A stretch of DNA of 32,000 nt from Rhodobacter capsulatus SB 1003 (GCF_000021865.1 NC_014034.1:2490001-2522000); one strand, 5' to 3'. Shown: positions 1-8,728, counted from the first letter of the stretch. Program-made: numbers and translations. Notes: generated by a model not told the origin, from the sequence alone.

Positions 1-67
1 TGAACTTGAAGGCGAGCGGTTTGGAGCGGTCGATCAGACGGCCGCCCGAAGACAGACGATGGCTCAT
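1..67 (-). CDS. soxA: sarcosine oxidase alpha subunit, N-terminal fragment (continues beyond window start)
   Basis: Reverse strand from ATG (65-67) reads MSHRLSSGGRLIDRSKPLAFKF, like the conserved SoxA N-terminus. ATGA start/stop overlap with soxD. The soxB-soxD-soxA order is canonical. Confidence 0.55.
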   Translation of the reverse strand, partial: MSHRLSSGGRLIDRSKPLAFKF

Positions 68-387
68 TTCCAGCCCTCCCAGCCCGGACGTTTCTCTTTG
101 ATTTTGGCGATCAGTTCGGCGGGCGGTTCGGAGGTCTGCGCCGGATAGGTGCCGAAAACCTCCCAGGTGACGGTGCAGCGCGCGGCGAGGAACCACTTGC
201 CGCAGCCATAGGCATGGCGCCAGCGTTCAAAATGCACGCCCTTGGGGTTCTTGCGGGCGAACATGTAGGTTTCAAACTCGGCATCCGAGGAGCCCGGGCC
301 GAAGCGCTTCAGATGCGCCTCGCCGCCGGGGGCCAGTTCGGTTTCCTCGACGGTGACGCCGCAGCAGGGGCAGGTCAGTGTCAGCAT
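64..387 (-). CDS. soxD: sarcosine oxidase delta subunit
   Basis: 107-aa product MLTLTCPCCGVTVEETELAPGGEAHLKRFG...HFERWRHAYGCGKWF, a small Cys-rich Zn-binding subunit between soxB and soxA. ATG verified at 385-387; the longer ORF-track extension is unsupported. Confidence 0.85.
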   Translation of the reverse strand: MLTLTCPCCGVTVEETELAPGGEAHLKRFGPGSSDAEFETYMFARKNPKGVHFERWRHAYGCGKWFLAARCTVTWEVFGTYPAQTSEPPAELIAKIKEKRPGWEGWK

Positions 388-440
388 GTCAGCAGGCCTT
401 TGGCTGGGCAGGCGCCGGGGGCTTCGCGCCCCCGGACCCC

Positions 441-469
441 CGCGGGATATTTCGGGCAAGATGAAAGGG
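441..469. repeat. single arm of palindromic intergenic repeat family (type 1: GGGATATTTCGGGCAAGATGAAA)
   Basis: CGCGGGATATTTCGGGCAAGATGAAAGGG in the soxB-soxD spacer. Near-identical to both arms of the 3986-4052 palindrome. Confidence 0.7.
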
Positions 470-478
470 CGAAGGGCA

Positions 479-1723
479 TCAATGCGCCACCCCGGCGGCG
501 ACGGATTCGTCGATGAACTGGCCTTCCTTGAAGCGGTGCAGGCCGAATTCGGCGGCCAGCGGCGAATAGCCCTTGGCCACCAGCTCCGCCATCGCAAAGC
601 CCGAGCCCGGGATCGCCTTGAAGCCGCCGGTGCCCCAGCCGCAGTTGACGAAGATGCCGTCCACCGGGGTTTTCGACAGAATGGGCGAGCGGTCGCCGGT
701 CATGTCGACGATGCCGCCCCATTGCCGCAGCATCTTGAGCCGCGAGATCACCGGGAAGGTCTCGATCAGGGCGCGGGTGGTTTCCTCGACATGGTGCCAG
801 CTGCCGCGCTGCGAATAGTTGTTGAACCCGTCGGTGCCGCCGCCGATGACAAGTTCGCCCTTGTCGGATTGCGACATGTAGCCGTGCACAAGGTTCGCCA
901 TCACGACAACGTCGATGGTGGGCTTGATCGGTTCCGACACCCAGGCCTGCAGCGCCATCGATTCGATCGGCAGACGGAAGCCCGCCATGCCCGCCAGCAC
1001 GCTCGAATGCCCGGCGACGACGATCGCGAGCTTGCCGCAATCGATCGACCCGCGCGAAGTGTCGACGCCGACGACGCGGCCGCCCTCGGTGCGCACGCCG
1101 GTAACCTCGGTGTTTTGCAAAAGATCCATGCCCATGTCGGAACAGGCCCGCGCATAGCCCCAGGCCACGGCGTCATGCCGCGCGGTGCCACCCTTTTCCT
1201 GCAAGAGCGCCCCCAGCACCGGATAGCGCGGCCCGGCGATGTTCAGGATCGGCACGAGCTTTTTCACTTCCTTCGGCTCGATCCAGCGGGTTTCGACATT
1301 TTGCAGATTGTTGGCGTAAACCGTGCGCTTGTAGCCGCGCATCTCGTGTTCGCTTTGCGCCAGCATCAAAAGGCCGCGCGGGCTGAACATGACGTTGTAG
1401 TTCAGGTCCTGCGACAGCCCCTCGTAAAGCGAGCGCGCCTTTTCATAGATCGCGGCGGAGGGGTCCTGCAGGTAGTTCGAGCGGATGATCGTGGTGTTGC
1501 GCCCGGTGTTGCCGCCGCCCAGCCACCCCTTTTCGATGATGGCCACATTCTTGATGCCATGCACCTTGCCCAGATAATAGGCCGTGGCTAGGCCATGCCC
1601 GCCCGCCCCCACCACGATCACGTCGTAGCGTTTCTTCGGCTCGGGCGAGGCCCAGGCCTTTTCCCAACCGCTGTGGTAGCGCAGCGCCTCGCGCGCCACG
1701 GCGAAGATCGAATAGCGTCTCAT
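479..1723 (-). CDS. soxB: sarcosine oxidase beta subunit (FAD-dependent)
   Basis: 414 aa beginning MRRYSIFAVAREALRYHSGWEKAW...YDVIVVGAGGHGLATAYYLG (GxGxxG FAD fold). ATG verified at 1721-1723. The upstream part of the 799-aa track ORF is an Arg/Pro-rich artefact. Confidence 0.9.
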   Translation of the reverse strand: MRRYSIFAVAREALRYHSGWEKAWASPEPKKRYDVIVVGAGGHGLATAYYLGKVHGIKNVAIIEKGWLGGGNTGRNTTIIRSNYLQDPSAAIYEKARSLYEGLSQDLNYNVMFSPRGLLMLAQSEHEMRGYKRTVYANNLQNVETRWIEPKEVKKLVPILNIAGPRYPVLGALLQEKGGTARHDAVAWGYARACSDMGMDLLQNTEVTGVRTEGGRVVGVDTSRGSIDCGKLAIVVAGHSSVLAGMAGFRLPIESMALQAWVSEPIKPTIDVVVMANLVHGYMSQSDKGELVIGGGTDGFNNYSQRGSWHHVEETTRALIETFPVISRLKMLRQWGGIVDMTGDRSPILSKTPVDGIFVNCGWGTGGFKAIPGSGFAMAELVAKGYSPLAAEFGLHRFKEGQFIDESVAAGVAH

Positions 1724-1957
1724 CGGCCCTCTCTCGCTTCGGGTTGGGGGTGGCACAGGCTGCATCCCCGAGTCTGGCTGTTTCACCTTAGATGAACCGC
1801 CCGGACCCCCGAAAGCCCCCCCCATGCGGCAATCGGCAGCAAAAAGCGACATCGTGCCCGACAGGCGCAACACAGAGCCGTGAGACAGCCTTTCACGCTC
1901 TTGTCTCTTTCTGCACGGCGCCAAAAGCCTTATGGGAGATGCAGGATAGGAGACCCC

Positions 1958-3232
1958 ATGCTGTTCTGGATCATCTGCGCGACGCTGGTCGCCGCCATCG
2001 CCTTCGCCCTTGCCCTGACGCTGCTGCGCCCGCGCGGACAGGGCCTGCCCGCCGGGGCGCAGGATCTGCAGGTCTATCGCGCGCAACTGGCCGAGGTGGA
2101 GAAAGACCTTGCCCGCGGCGTGCTGAGCCCGGAAGAGGCGGCGCGGTCGCGGGTGGAAATCTCGCGCCGGCTGCTGGAGGCGGACCGGGCGCTGCAGGCG
2201 GCGGGCACGGCGGCGGCCGAGGCGCCGCGGCGCGGCACGGTGGCGGCGGCGGCGCTGGTGGTGGCGGCGCTGGCGGGGGCTTTCGCGATCTACGACCGGC
2301 TCGGCGCGGCCGGTCTGCCCGATGCGCCGCTGGCCGGGCGGCTGGCCGAGGCGGAGACGCTTTATCAGGCCCGCCCGGATCAGGCCGCGGCGGAAGCGAC
2401 GGCCACGGCCGAGCGCAAGGCCGCCGAGGCGCAGGCGGCGGCGGCGGGCAACCCGGTGCCGCAGCCCGATCCGAAATTCCTCGAGCTGATGGAGCGGCTG
2501 CGTCAGGCGGTGGCGGCGCGGCCGAATGATCCGCAGGGGCTGGCGCTGCTGTCGGAAAACGAGATGGCTTTGGGCAATTTCCGCGCCGGATGGGAGGCGC
2601 AGCGGCGGCTGATCGCGCTCAAGGGCGACCGGGCCGAGGCGGCGGATTACACCCGTCTGGGCGAGCTGATGACCATTGCCGCGGGCGGGCTGGTGACGGC
2701 CGATGCCGAGGCGGCCTTTGCCAAGGCGTTGGACATGAACCCGAAAGACGGGCTGGCGCTGTTCTATGTCGGGCTGATGATGGGGCAGAACGACCGCCCC
2801 GACCGGGCCTTCCGGCTCTGGGATGCGTCCTTGCGGGCCTCGCCGCCCGAGGCGCCCTGGGTGGCCGAGATCGCGCAAGGGATCGAGACGCTGGCCTGGC
2901 TGGCGGGCGAGCAGGATTACACCCCGCCGCTGCCGGTGCCCGCGGGCCCCTCGGCCGAGCAGATGCAGGCCGCCGAGGGCATGGCCCCCGCCGACCGTCT
3001 GGCGATGATCCGCGGCATGGTCGAAAACCTGAACGCGCGGCTGGCGAACGAGGGCGGCAGCGCCGAGGATTGGACGAAGCTGATCTCCTCGCTGCGGGTG
3101 CTGGGCGAGGCGGACCGCGCCGCGGCGATCGCCACCGAGGCGCGGACGAAATTCACCGGCCGCGCCGGGGATCTGGCAAAGATCGAAGCGGCCACGCAGG
3201 TGCCGCTTGGCACGATCGGAGCCGCGCCATGA
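1958..3232 (+). CDS. ccmI: c-type cytochrome biogenesis protein CcmI/CycH (TM anchor plus TPR-like periplasmic domain)
   Basis: Starts MLFWIICATLVAAIAFALALTLL (TM helix), then an Ala-rich linker and a second hydrophobic stretch, then a TPR-like C-terminus (NDPQGLALLSENEMALGNF...). GGAGA RBS upstream of ATG 1958. Confidence 0.7.
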   Translation: MLFWIICATLVAAIAFALALTLLRPRGQGLPAGAQDLQVYRAQLAEVEKDLARGVLSPEEAARSRVEISRRLLEADRALQAAGTAAAEAPRRGTVAAAALVVAALAGAFAIYDRLGAAGLPDAPLAGRLAEAETLYQARPDQAAAEATATAERKAAEAQAAAAGNPVPQPDPKFLELMERLRQAVAARPNDPQGLALLSENEMALGNFRAGWEAQRRLIALKGDRAEAADYTRLGELMTIAAGGLVTADAEAAFAKALDMNPKDGLALFYVGLMMGQNDRPDRAFRLWDASLRASPPEAPWVAEIAQGIETLAWLAGEQDYTPPLPVPAGPSAEQMQAAEGMAPADRLAMIRGMVENLNARLANEGGSAEDWTKLISSLRVLGEADRAAAIATEARTKFTGRAGDLAKIEAATQVPLGTIGAAP

Positions 3233-3708
3233 TCTGCCCCGGGATGGACGACTTTGCCGCGGCGCTGCCGCGGGTGGGGGCGCTGGCCGGGCTCGATCTG
3301 GGCACGAAGACGATCGGGGTCGCGGTCTCGGACACGCTGCGGGGCATCGCGACGCCCCTGCGCACGATCCGGCGCGAGAAATTCTCCCTCGACCTGGCGG
3401 ATCTGATGAAGACCGTGGCCGAGCGGCAAATCGCCGGGTTCGTCCTCGGGCTGCCGGTGAACATGGACGGCTCCGAGGGGCCGCGGGCGCAATCGACCCG
3501 GGCCTTCGCGCGCAACCTTGAAAAGCTGACGCCCTTGCCGATAACCTTCTGGGACGAGCGGCTCTCGACGGTGGCGGCCGAGCGCGCGATGCTGGAAGCC
3601 GATCTGTCGCGCAAACGCCGGGCCGAACTGGTCGATCACGTCGCGGCGGGGTTCATTCTGCAAGGCGCGCTCGACCGCCTTGCGCATCTGGGGCGCGCGC
3701 ATGGCTGA
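3229..3708 (+). CDS. ruvX: Holliday junction resolvase-like protein RuvX/YqgF
   Basis: 159 aa with GLDLGTKTIGVAVSD...GFVLGLPVNMDGSEGPRAQ...FWDERLSTVAAE, the classic YqgF signature. ATGA overlap with the ccmI stop. Confidence 0.85.
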   Translation: MICPGMDDFAAALPRVGALAGLDLGTKTIGVAVSDTLRGIATPLRTIRREKFSLDLADLMKTVAERQIAGFVLGLPVNMDGSEGPRAQSTRAFARNLEKLTPLPITFWDERLSTVAAERAMLEADLSRKRRAELVDHVAAGFILQGALDRLAHLGRAHG

Positions 3709-3952
3709 GAACAGGCCGGAAAACACCGACGGGATCTGGAAACGGGCGGAAATCGACACGCCCTGCGTGAAGATCTGCCAGATCCACCCGACCGAGCGGC
3801 TTTGCATCGGCTGCCTGCGCACGCTGGACGAGATCGGCCGCTGGTCGCGGATGAGCCCCGAAGAGCGCCGCGCGGTGATGGCCGAGCTGCCCACCCGCGC
3901 GCCGCGTCTGGCCCAGCGCCGCGGCGGGCGCGCGGCACGACAGGCCGAGTAA
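3701..3952 (+). CDS. DUF1289-type small Cys-rich protein
   Basis: MAENRPENTDGIWKRAEIDTPCVKICQIHPTERLCIGCLRTLDEIGRWSRMSPEERRAV, the typical DUF1289 C-x3-C...C-x2-C pattern. Start overlaps the ruvX stop. Confidence 0.7.
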   Translation: MAENRPENTDGIWKRAEIDTPCVKICQIHPTERLCIGCLRTLDEIGRWSRMSPEERRAVMAELPTRAPRLAQRRGGRAARQAE

Positions 3953-3985
3953 GGGGGGGCGCTGCCCCCGTTCCGCAAGCGGACT

Positions 3986-4052
3986 CCCCCCGGGATATTT
4001 GCAGCAAGATGAAACCGGATGCCTTTCATCTTGCCCGAAATATCCCGGGGGG
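3986..4052. repeat. palindromic intergenic repeat (two inverted type-1 arms, about 29 bp each, 9-nt loop)
   Basis: CCCCCCGGGATATTTGCAGCAAGATGAAA-ccggatgcc-TTTCATCTTGCCCGAAATATCCCGGGGGG. The arms differ only in the 4-nt GCAG/CGGG block and are flanked by extra G/C hairpins. Confidence 0.85.
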
Positions 4053-4151
4053 TGAATGGCGAGCAGAAGGGGGGCAAGCGCCCCCTGCCCCGGCGGTCCG
4101 TGGCGGCGCCTTGACGGGCGGGGGCGCGGGCATTAACCGAAATTGCAACAG

Positions 4152-5189
4152 ATGCTGCGATCCTCGCCCAACCCCTCGTTCCCCGGACCCGCCATGACCG
4201 CCTCGCGTTCCCTGCCGCCTCAGGTCGTCCACGTCTATGAGGCCGATCTGATCTGGGTGACCTCGGGCGCCAATCAGGGCGACGGGCTTGATCTGGCCGC
4301 GCTGTGCCAGCCGGGCGACATCTATCAGCTGGACCGCGCCGCGCGGCCGTTGCGGCTGCTGATCGCCGCCGATCCCGAGACCGGGCAGCGCATCTGCGCG
4401 GGCTCGGAGCTGGGCGCCGAGGGCGACCGGATCGCCCTGATGGCGCGGCATGTCTTCATCACGCCCGACGGCGATACGGTCGATATCCTGTTGATCCGGC
4501 ACGAGGAAACGCAGATCCTTTACGCCCTGCCGCTGTCGCCGATCGCGCCGCGGGTCGATTACACGCTGCTTGAGGCCACCGATGATCCGGGCGATGTGCG
4601 GCTCTCGGATCTGGTCTGCATCGCCTTCACCACCGGCACGCTGATCACCATGGCGGGCGGCGCGCAGCGCCCGATCGAGACGCTGGCCCCGGGCGACCGG
4701 GTGCTGACGCGCGACAGCGGACCGCAGCCGGTGCGGCTGGTGGCACGCGCGACGCTGCGCGCGCTCGGCTCTTTCGCGCCGGTGGTGATTTCGGCCGGAA
4801 CGCTCGGCAATGAAAGCGATCTGGTCGTGGCGCCGCATCACCGCGTGTTCCTCTATCGGCGCGGCGAAAAGCGGCTGGGCGACACGGCGGAAATCCTTGT
4901 GCAGGCCAAGCATCTGGTCGATGGCGAACATGTCTGGCGCCGCGAGGGCGGCTATGTCGATTATTTCGCGCTGGTCTTCGACCGCCACGAGATCGTCTAT
5001 GCCGAGGGCGTGCCGGTCGAAAGCCTGCAGGTGTCCGAGGCGACGCTGAACCTGATGCCCGAGGAACTGTCGGCCGAGATCAAGGCCCGTCTGCCCGATC
5101 TGACCCACACCCCCCATTTCGGCACCGAGGCCGGGCGCGAGATGCTTGACCGCGTCGGCCGCGAGGCGCTGTTTCGCAAGAAGGACTGA
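4152..5189 (+). CDS. Hint (Hedgehog/intein-like) domain-containing protein
   Basis: The central CIAFTTGTLITMAGGAQRPIETLAPGDRVLTRDSGPQPVRLV...HHRVFL...EIVYAEGVPVES matches the bacterial Hint_2-type domain common in Rhodobacterales. Start is ambiguous (ATG 4152 or 4194, no clear RBS). Confidence 0.7.
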   Translation: MLRSSPNPSFPGPAMTASRSLPPQVVHVYEADLIWVTSGANQGDGLDLAALCQPGDIYQLDRAARPLRLLIAADPETGQRICAGSELGAEGDRIALMARHVFITPDGDTVDILLIRHEETQILYALPLSPIAPRVDYTLLEATDDPGDVRLSDLVCIAFTTGTLITMAGGAQRPIETLAPGDRVLTRDSGPQPVRLVARATLRALGSFAPVVISAGTLGNESDLVVAPHHRVFLYRRGEKRLGDTAEILVQAKHLVDGEHVWRREGGYVDYFALVFDRHEIVYAEGVPVESLQVSEATLNLMPEELSAEIKARLPDLTHTPHFGTEAGREMLDRVGREALFRKKD

Positions 5190-5190
5190 G

Positions 5191-5403
5191 CTACCCCGCC
5201 GCGCGGCCGCAGCGGTCTTCCGGGCGCGCATGCGGATCGGTGCAATCGGCGCAATCCCAAGCCCCCTCGCCCTCGGAACGGCACAGTTTCAAGTCCAGAT
5301 GTCTTTCACGATCCCTGGCGCTGAACAGCGGCACCCCGCAATAGGGGCACAGAACCGTTTCGCGCACATTCAAGGACCCGGCAGCGGGATCGACCCTTGC
5401 CAT
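5191..5403 (-). CDS. small Cys-rich (zinc-ribbon-like) hypothetical protein
   Basis: 70 aa with CPYCG...C...CADC. Strong AGGAGG RBS 6 nt upstream of the ATG on the reverse strand, and GC-rich third codon positions. Confidence 0.55.
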   Translation of the reverse strand: MARVDPAAGSLNVRETVLCPYCGVPLFSARDRERHLDLKLCRSEGEGAWDCADCTDPHARPEDRCGRAAG

Positions 5404-5606
5404 GGCAGCCTCCTGTCCCGATCGGGGCCGGGCGCGTAAACGACCCCTCCGCCGAAGACAGGCTCCCCCACGAAACCCGCCCGACGAGGGTGGAAGCTTG
5501 GAACGATTCTACGCAGCGCGCCATGATCCGGATCAATTTGCCGCAGGTCGGGCGCGAAAAATCCGTCCTTCTTGCCCGCCATCCCGCCTTGCGGTAAAGG
5601 CCGCGC

Positions 5607-7202
5607 ATGAGCAACCGTGCCCCCCTCCCGCCCGAAATCGCCCGCCGCCGGACCTTTGCGATCATCTCGCACCCCGACGCCGGGAAAACCACGCTCACGG
5701 AAAAATTCCTGCTGTTTGGCGGCGCGATCCAGATGGCCGGTCAGGTCCGGGCCAAGGGCGAGGCGCGGCGCACGCGGTCGGACTTCATGAAGCTGGAACA
5801 GGAGCGGGGCATCTCGGTTTCCGCCTCGGCGATGAGCTTTGACTTCCGGCATTACCGCTTCAATCTGGTCGACACCCCCGGCCACTCGGACTTTTCCGAG
5901 GACACCTATCGCACGCTGACCGCGGTTGACGCCGCGATCATGGTGATCGACGGGGCGAAGGGGGTGGAAAGCCAGACGCGGAAACTGTTCGAGGTCTGCC
6001 GGCTGCGCGATCTGCCGATCCTGACCTTTTGCAACAAGATGGACCGCGAAAGCCGGGATACGTTCGAGATCATCGACGAGATTCAGGAAAATCTGGCGAT
6101 CGACGTCGCCCCGGCTTCCTGGCCGATCGGGATGGGGCGCGACTTCGTCGGCTGCTACGACATCTTGCACGACCGGCTGGAACTGATGGACCGCGCCGAC
6201 CGCAACCGGGTGGCCGAAAGCATCAAGATCGACGGGCTTCAGGATCCGAAGCTCGCCGATCACGTCCCCCCCGATCTGCTGGCGAAGCTGCGCGAGGAAG
6301 TGGCGATGGCGCGCGAGTTGCTGCCCGCCTTCGACCGGCAAAGCTTCCTGGAAGGCCACATGACGCCCATTTGGTTCGGCTCTGCGATCAATTCCTTTGG
6401 CGTCAAGGAGTTGATGGACGGCATGGGCGAATACGGCCCCGAGCCGCAGCCGCAAAAGGCGGCCGAGCGGCAGATTGCCTCGGACGAGACCCCGGTCACC
6501 GGCTTCGTCTTCAAGGTGCAGGCGAACATGGACCCCAAGCACCGCGACCGCGTGGCTTTCGTGCGTCTGGCCTCGGGGCATTTCGAGCGCGGCATGAAGC
6601 TTTTGCATGTGCGTTCGGGCAAGCCGATGGCGGTGTCGAACCCGGTGCTGTTTCTGGCCGCCGACCGCGAACTGGCCGAGGAGGCCTGGGCGGGCGACAT
6701 CATCGGCATTCCGAACCACGGCCAGCTGCGCATCGGCGATGCGCTGACCGAGGGCGAAAAGCTGCGCTTCACCGGCATTCCGTCCTTTGCGCCGGAACTG
6801 CTGCAGGCCGTGCGCTCGACCGATCCGATGAAGGGCAAGCATCTGGAAAAGGCGCTGATGCAATTCGCCGAGGAAGGGGCCGCCAAGGTCTTCAAGCCGA
6901 TGATCGGCTCGGGCTTCATCGTCGGCGTCGTCGGCGCGCTGCAATTCGACGTGCTGGCCAGCCGGATCGAGGTCGAATACGGCATTCCGGTGCGGTTTGA
7001 GAGCTCGCAATTCAGCAGCGCCCGCTGGGTGCAGGGGCCGAAGGATCTGGTCGAGAAGCTGGTGAACGTGAACAAGCAGCACATTGCGACCGACCACGAC
7101 GGCGACATCGTCTTCCTGACCCGGCTGCAATGGGACATCGACCGCGTCGTGCGGGATTATGAGGGCGTGAAGCTGTCGGCGACGAAGGAAATGATGCAAT
7201 AA
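5607..7202 (+). CDS. prfC: peptide chain release factor 3 (GTPase)
   Basis: 531 aa: RRTFAIISHPDAGKTTLTEKFLLFGGAIQMAGQVRAKG...DTPGHSDF...NKMDR, with G1-G4 motifs and full-length RF3 architecture. Confidence 0.95.
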   Translation: MSNRAPLPPEIARRRTFAIISHPDAGKTTLTEKFLLFGGAIQMAGQVRAKGEARRTRSDFMKLEQERGISVSASAMSFDFRHYRFNLVDTPGHSDFSEDTYRTLTAVDAAIMVIDGAKGVESQTRKLFEVCRLRDLPILTFCNKMDRESRDTFEIIDEIQENLAIDVAPASWPIGMGRDFVGCYDILHDRLELMDRADRNRVAESIKIDGLQDPKLADHVPPDLLAKLREEVAMARELLPAFDRQSFLEGHMTPIWFGSAINSFGVKELMDGMGEYGPEPQPQKAAERQIASDETPVTGFVFKVQANMDPKHRDRVAFVRLASGHFERGMKLLHVRSGKPMAVSNPVLFLAADRELAEEAWAGDIIGIPNHGQLRIGDALTEGEKLRFTGIPSFAPELLQAVRSTDPMKGKHLEKALMQFAEEGAAKVFKPMIGSGFIVGVVGALQFDVLASRIEVEYGIPVRFESSQFSSARWVQGPKDLVEKLVNVNKQHIATDHDGDIVFLTRLQWDIDRVVRDYEGVKLSATKEMMQ

Positions 7203-7295
7203 GGGCCCCCGCCGGAAGGCATGGCATGCGCGTTAAAGTTGTGTTAGGCTGAGGATGCGACAGAGGTCGCCTGTCTGAACACTTTGGAGGATGCC

Positions 7296-7460
7296 ATGTC
7301 CGACGACGATGTGATGGACAAGAAACGTCAGAAGGCCGCCGACAAGATCATCACCCGGATGACCGAGGAGGGCGCGAGCCCCGGCGACATCAAGATCCAG
7401 AAAAAGGCGAACAAGGATGCCTTCGGTCACGAAGGCGAATGTGACGCCGAAGCTGGCTGA
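7296..7460 (+). CDS. small hydrophilic hypothetical protein (54 aa; below ORF-track cutoff)
   Basis: GGAGGA RBS 5 nt upstream of ATG 7296. Translates MSDDDVMDKKRQKAADKIITRMTEEGASPGDIKIQKKANKDAFGHEGECDAEAG with GC-rich third positions. A terminator hairpin follows directly. Confidence 0.5.
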   Translation: MSDDDVMDKKRQKAADKIITRMTEEGASPGDIKIQKKANKDAFGHEGECDAEAG

Positions 7461-7466
7461 GACCGG

Positions 7467-7501
7467 TGCGCCGTCCCCTTGCCCCGGGGGACGGCGCATT
7501 T
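7467..7501 (+). terminator. stem-loop terminator candidate (12-bp perfect stem, short T tract)
   Basis: TGCGCCGTCCCC-ttgccccg-GGGGACGGCGCA followed by TTT. Lies between the convergent small ORF and dgt. Confidence 0.5.
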
Positions 7502-7518
7502 CGCCGCGCCGATGACGG

Positions 7519-7570
7519 CGCGCATTTCACCCAAGGAAACTCCTGCGTTTCTTCTTGGCGCAAATACGCG
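7519..7570. repeat. palindromic intergenic repeat (type 2, left arm degenerate)
   Basis: GCGCATTTCACCCAAGGAAA-ctcctgcg-TTTCTTCTTGGCGCAAATACGCG. The right arm matches the arms at 30855-30908. Confidence 0.65.
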
Positions 7571-7579
7571 ACTGCGCGC

Positions 7580-8728
7580 TCAGTCCGCGCCGAAGAGCCG
7601 CTGATGCTCCTGGATCGCGAAGCGGTCGGTCATGCCCGCGACGTAATCCAGCACCGTCCGCGCCAGTTCCGAATTCCCCTTCGCCCGCGCGCGGGCGACA
7701 TCGGCCTGCCAATCCTCGGGCAAAAGCTCGGGACGTTCCAGAAACAGCGGGAAAAGCGCATTCACGATCCCCGTCACCCGCTGCCGTTCCACCACCACCG
7801 AGGGGGCGCGATACATGCGGGTGAACAGGAACCCCTTGATCGCCTTGATGTTCTGGTAAAGCGGTTTGGAAAACCGGATGATCGGCCCCTGCATCGCGCG
7901 GATCTCGTCGACATGGCGTGGCCGCAGGGACTCAAGCCGGTTCTTCGCCACGGCGATCACGTCTTCGACCATCACGCCAAAGACCCGCCGCAAGGCCTCG
8001 TGGCGGCGCCGCATCGGGTCAAGGCCGGGGTAAAGCTTGTCCACCGTGGCAAAGCACTCGCCCAGCACCGGCAATTCGCACAGGTCGGATTCGGTGAACA
8101 GCCCGGCGCGAAGGCCGTCGTGCAGATCGTGGTGGTTGTAGGCGCAGTCATCGGCGACGGCCGCCACCTGCGCCTCGGCGCTGGCGTTGGTGCCCAGTTC
8201 CAGATCCCATTGCGCATTCACCTCGGCCAGGGCGTAATTCCACGGCTGCGCCACCGGGCCGTTGTGCTTGGCGATGCCCTCCAGCGTCTCCCAGGTCAGG
8301 TTCAGCCCGTCGAAATCGGCGTAATGGCGTTCGAGCCGCGTCACGATCCGCAGCGCCTGGGCGTTGTGATCAAAACCGCCATAGGGCTCCATCAGCAGCG
8401 CCAGCGCATCCTCGCCGGTATGACCGAAGGGCGGATGGCCCAGATCATGCGCCAAGGCCACCGCCTCGGCCAGATCGGTGTTCAGCCCCAAGGCGCCCGC
8501 GATCGTGCGTGCCACCTGCGCCACCTCGATCGTATGGGTCAGCCGGGTGCGGTAATAATCGCCCTCGTGTTCGACAAAGACCTGGGTCTTGTGCTTGAGC
8601 CGCCGGAACGCCGAGGAATGGATGATCCGGTCGCGGTCGCGCTGAAACGGCGTGCGGAAGGTGGAATAGCTTTCGGCGAAACGCCGCCCCCGGCTGGCCT
8701 CGGGATTGCAGGCATAGGGTTGCAGCAT
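7580..8728 (-). CDS. dgt: deoxyguanosinetriphosphate triphosphohydrolase-like HD-domain protein
   Basis: 382 aa: FQRDRDRIIHSSAFRRLKHKTQVF...RTRLTHTIEVAQV...LAHDLGHPPFGH, the dGTPase family signature. Confidence 0.9.
   Translation of the reverse strand: MLQPYACNPEASRGRRFAESYSTFRTPFQRDRDRIIHSSAFRRLKHKTQVFVEHEGDYYRTRLTHTIEVAQVARTIAGALGLNTDLAEAVALAHDLGHPPFGHTGEDALALLMEPYGGFDHNAQALRIVTRLERHYADFDGLNLTWETLEGIAKHNGPVAQPWNYALAEVNAQWDLELGTNASAEAQVAAVADDCAYNHHDLHDGLRAGLFTESDLCELPVLGECFATVDKLYPGLDPMRRRHEALRRVFGVMVEDVIAVAKNRLESLRPRHVDEIRAMQGPIIRFSKPLYQNIKAIKGFLFTRMYRAPSVVVERQRVTGIVNALFPLFLERPELLPEDWQADVARARAKGNSELARTVLDYVAGMTDRFAIQEHQRLFGAD

Noticed and set aside
1724-2878. N-terminal 385 codons of the 799-aa ORF 479-2878 (minus strand)
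   Set aside because: The translation is Arg/Pro/Gly-rich and low in complexity, and it lies antisense to the well-supported ccmI gene. SoxB homology starts only at MRRYSIFAV (ATG 1721-1723).
5146-5439. 97-aa + strand ORF overlapping the small zinc-ribbon-like gene
   Set aside because: It has no RBS and an unremarkable translation. The minus-strand ORF has an AGGAGG RBS and paired CxxC motifs.
5560-5600. Possible extra half-copy of the palindromic repeat upstream of prfC (tccttcttgcccgcc)
   Set aside because: Only about 10 nt resemble the repeat arm and there is no partner arm, which is too weak to call.
5370-7199. 609-aa ORF antisense to prfC
   Set aside because: A typical high-GC shadow ORF. 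Its composition is Arg/Ala/Gly/Pro-rich with no motif, while the + strand encodes an unmistakable RF3. The same reasoning applies to 353-1591(+), 7466-8929(+), 19187-21163(-), 20796-23339(-), 13105-14292(-), 11149-12462(-), 4026-5231(-), 28835-29725(-) and 30749-31969(-).
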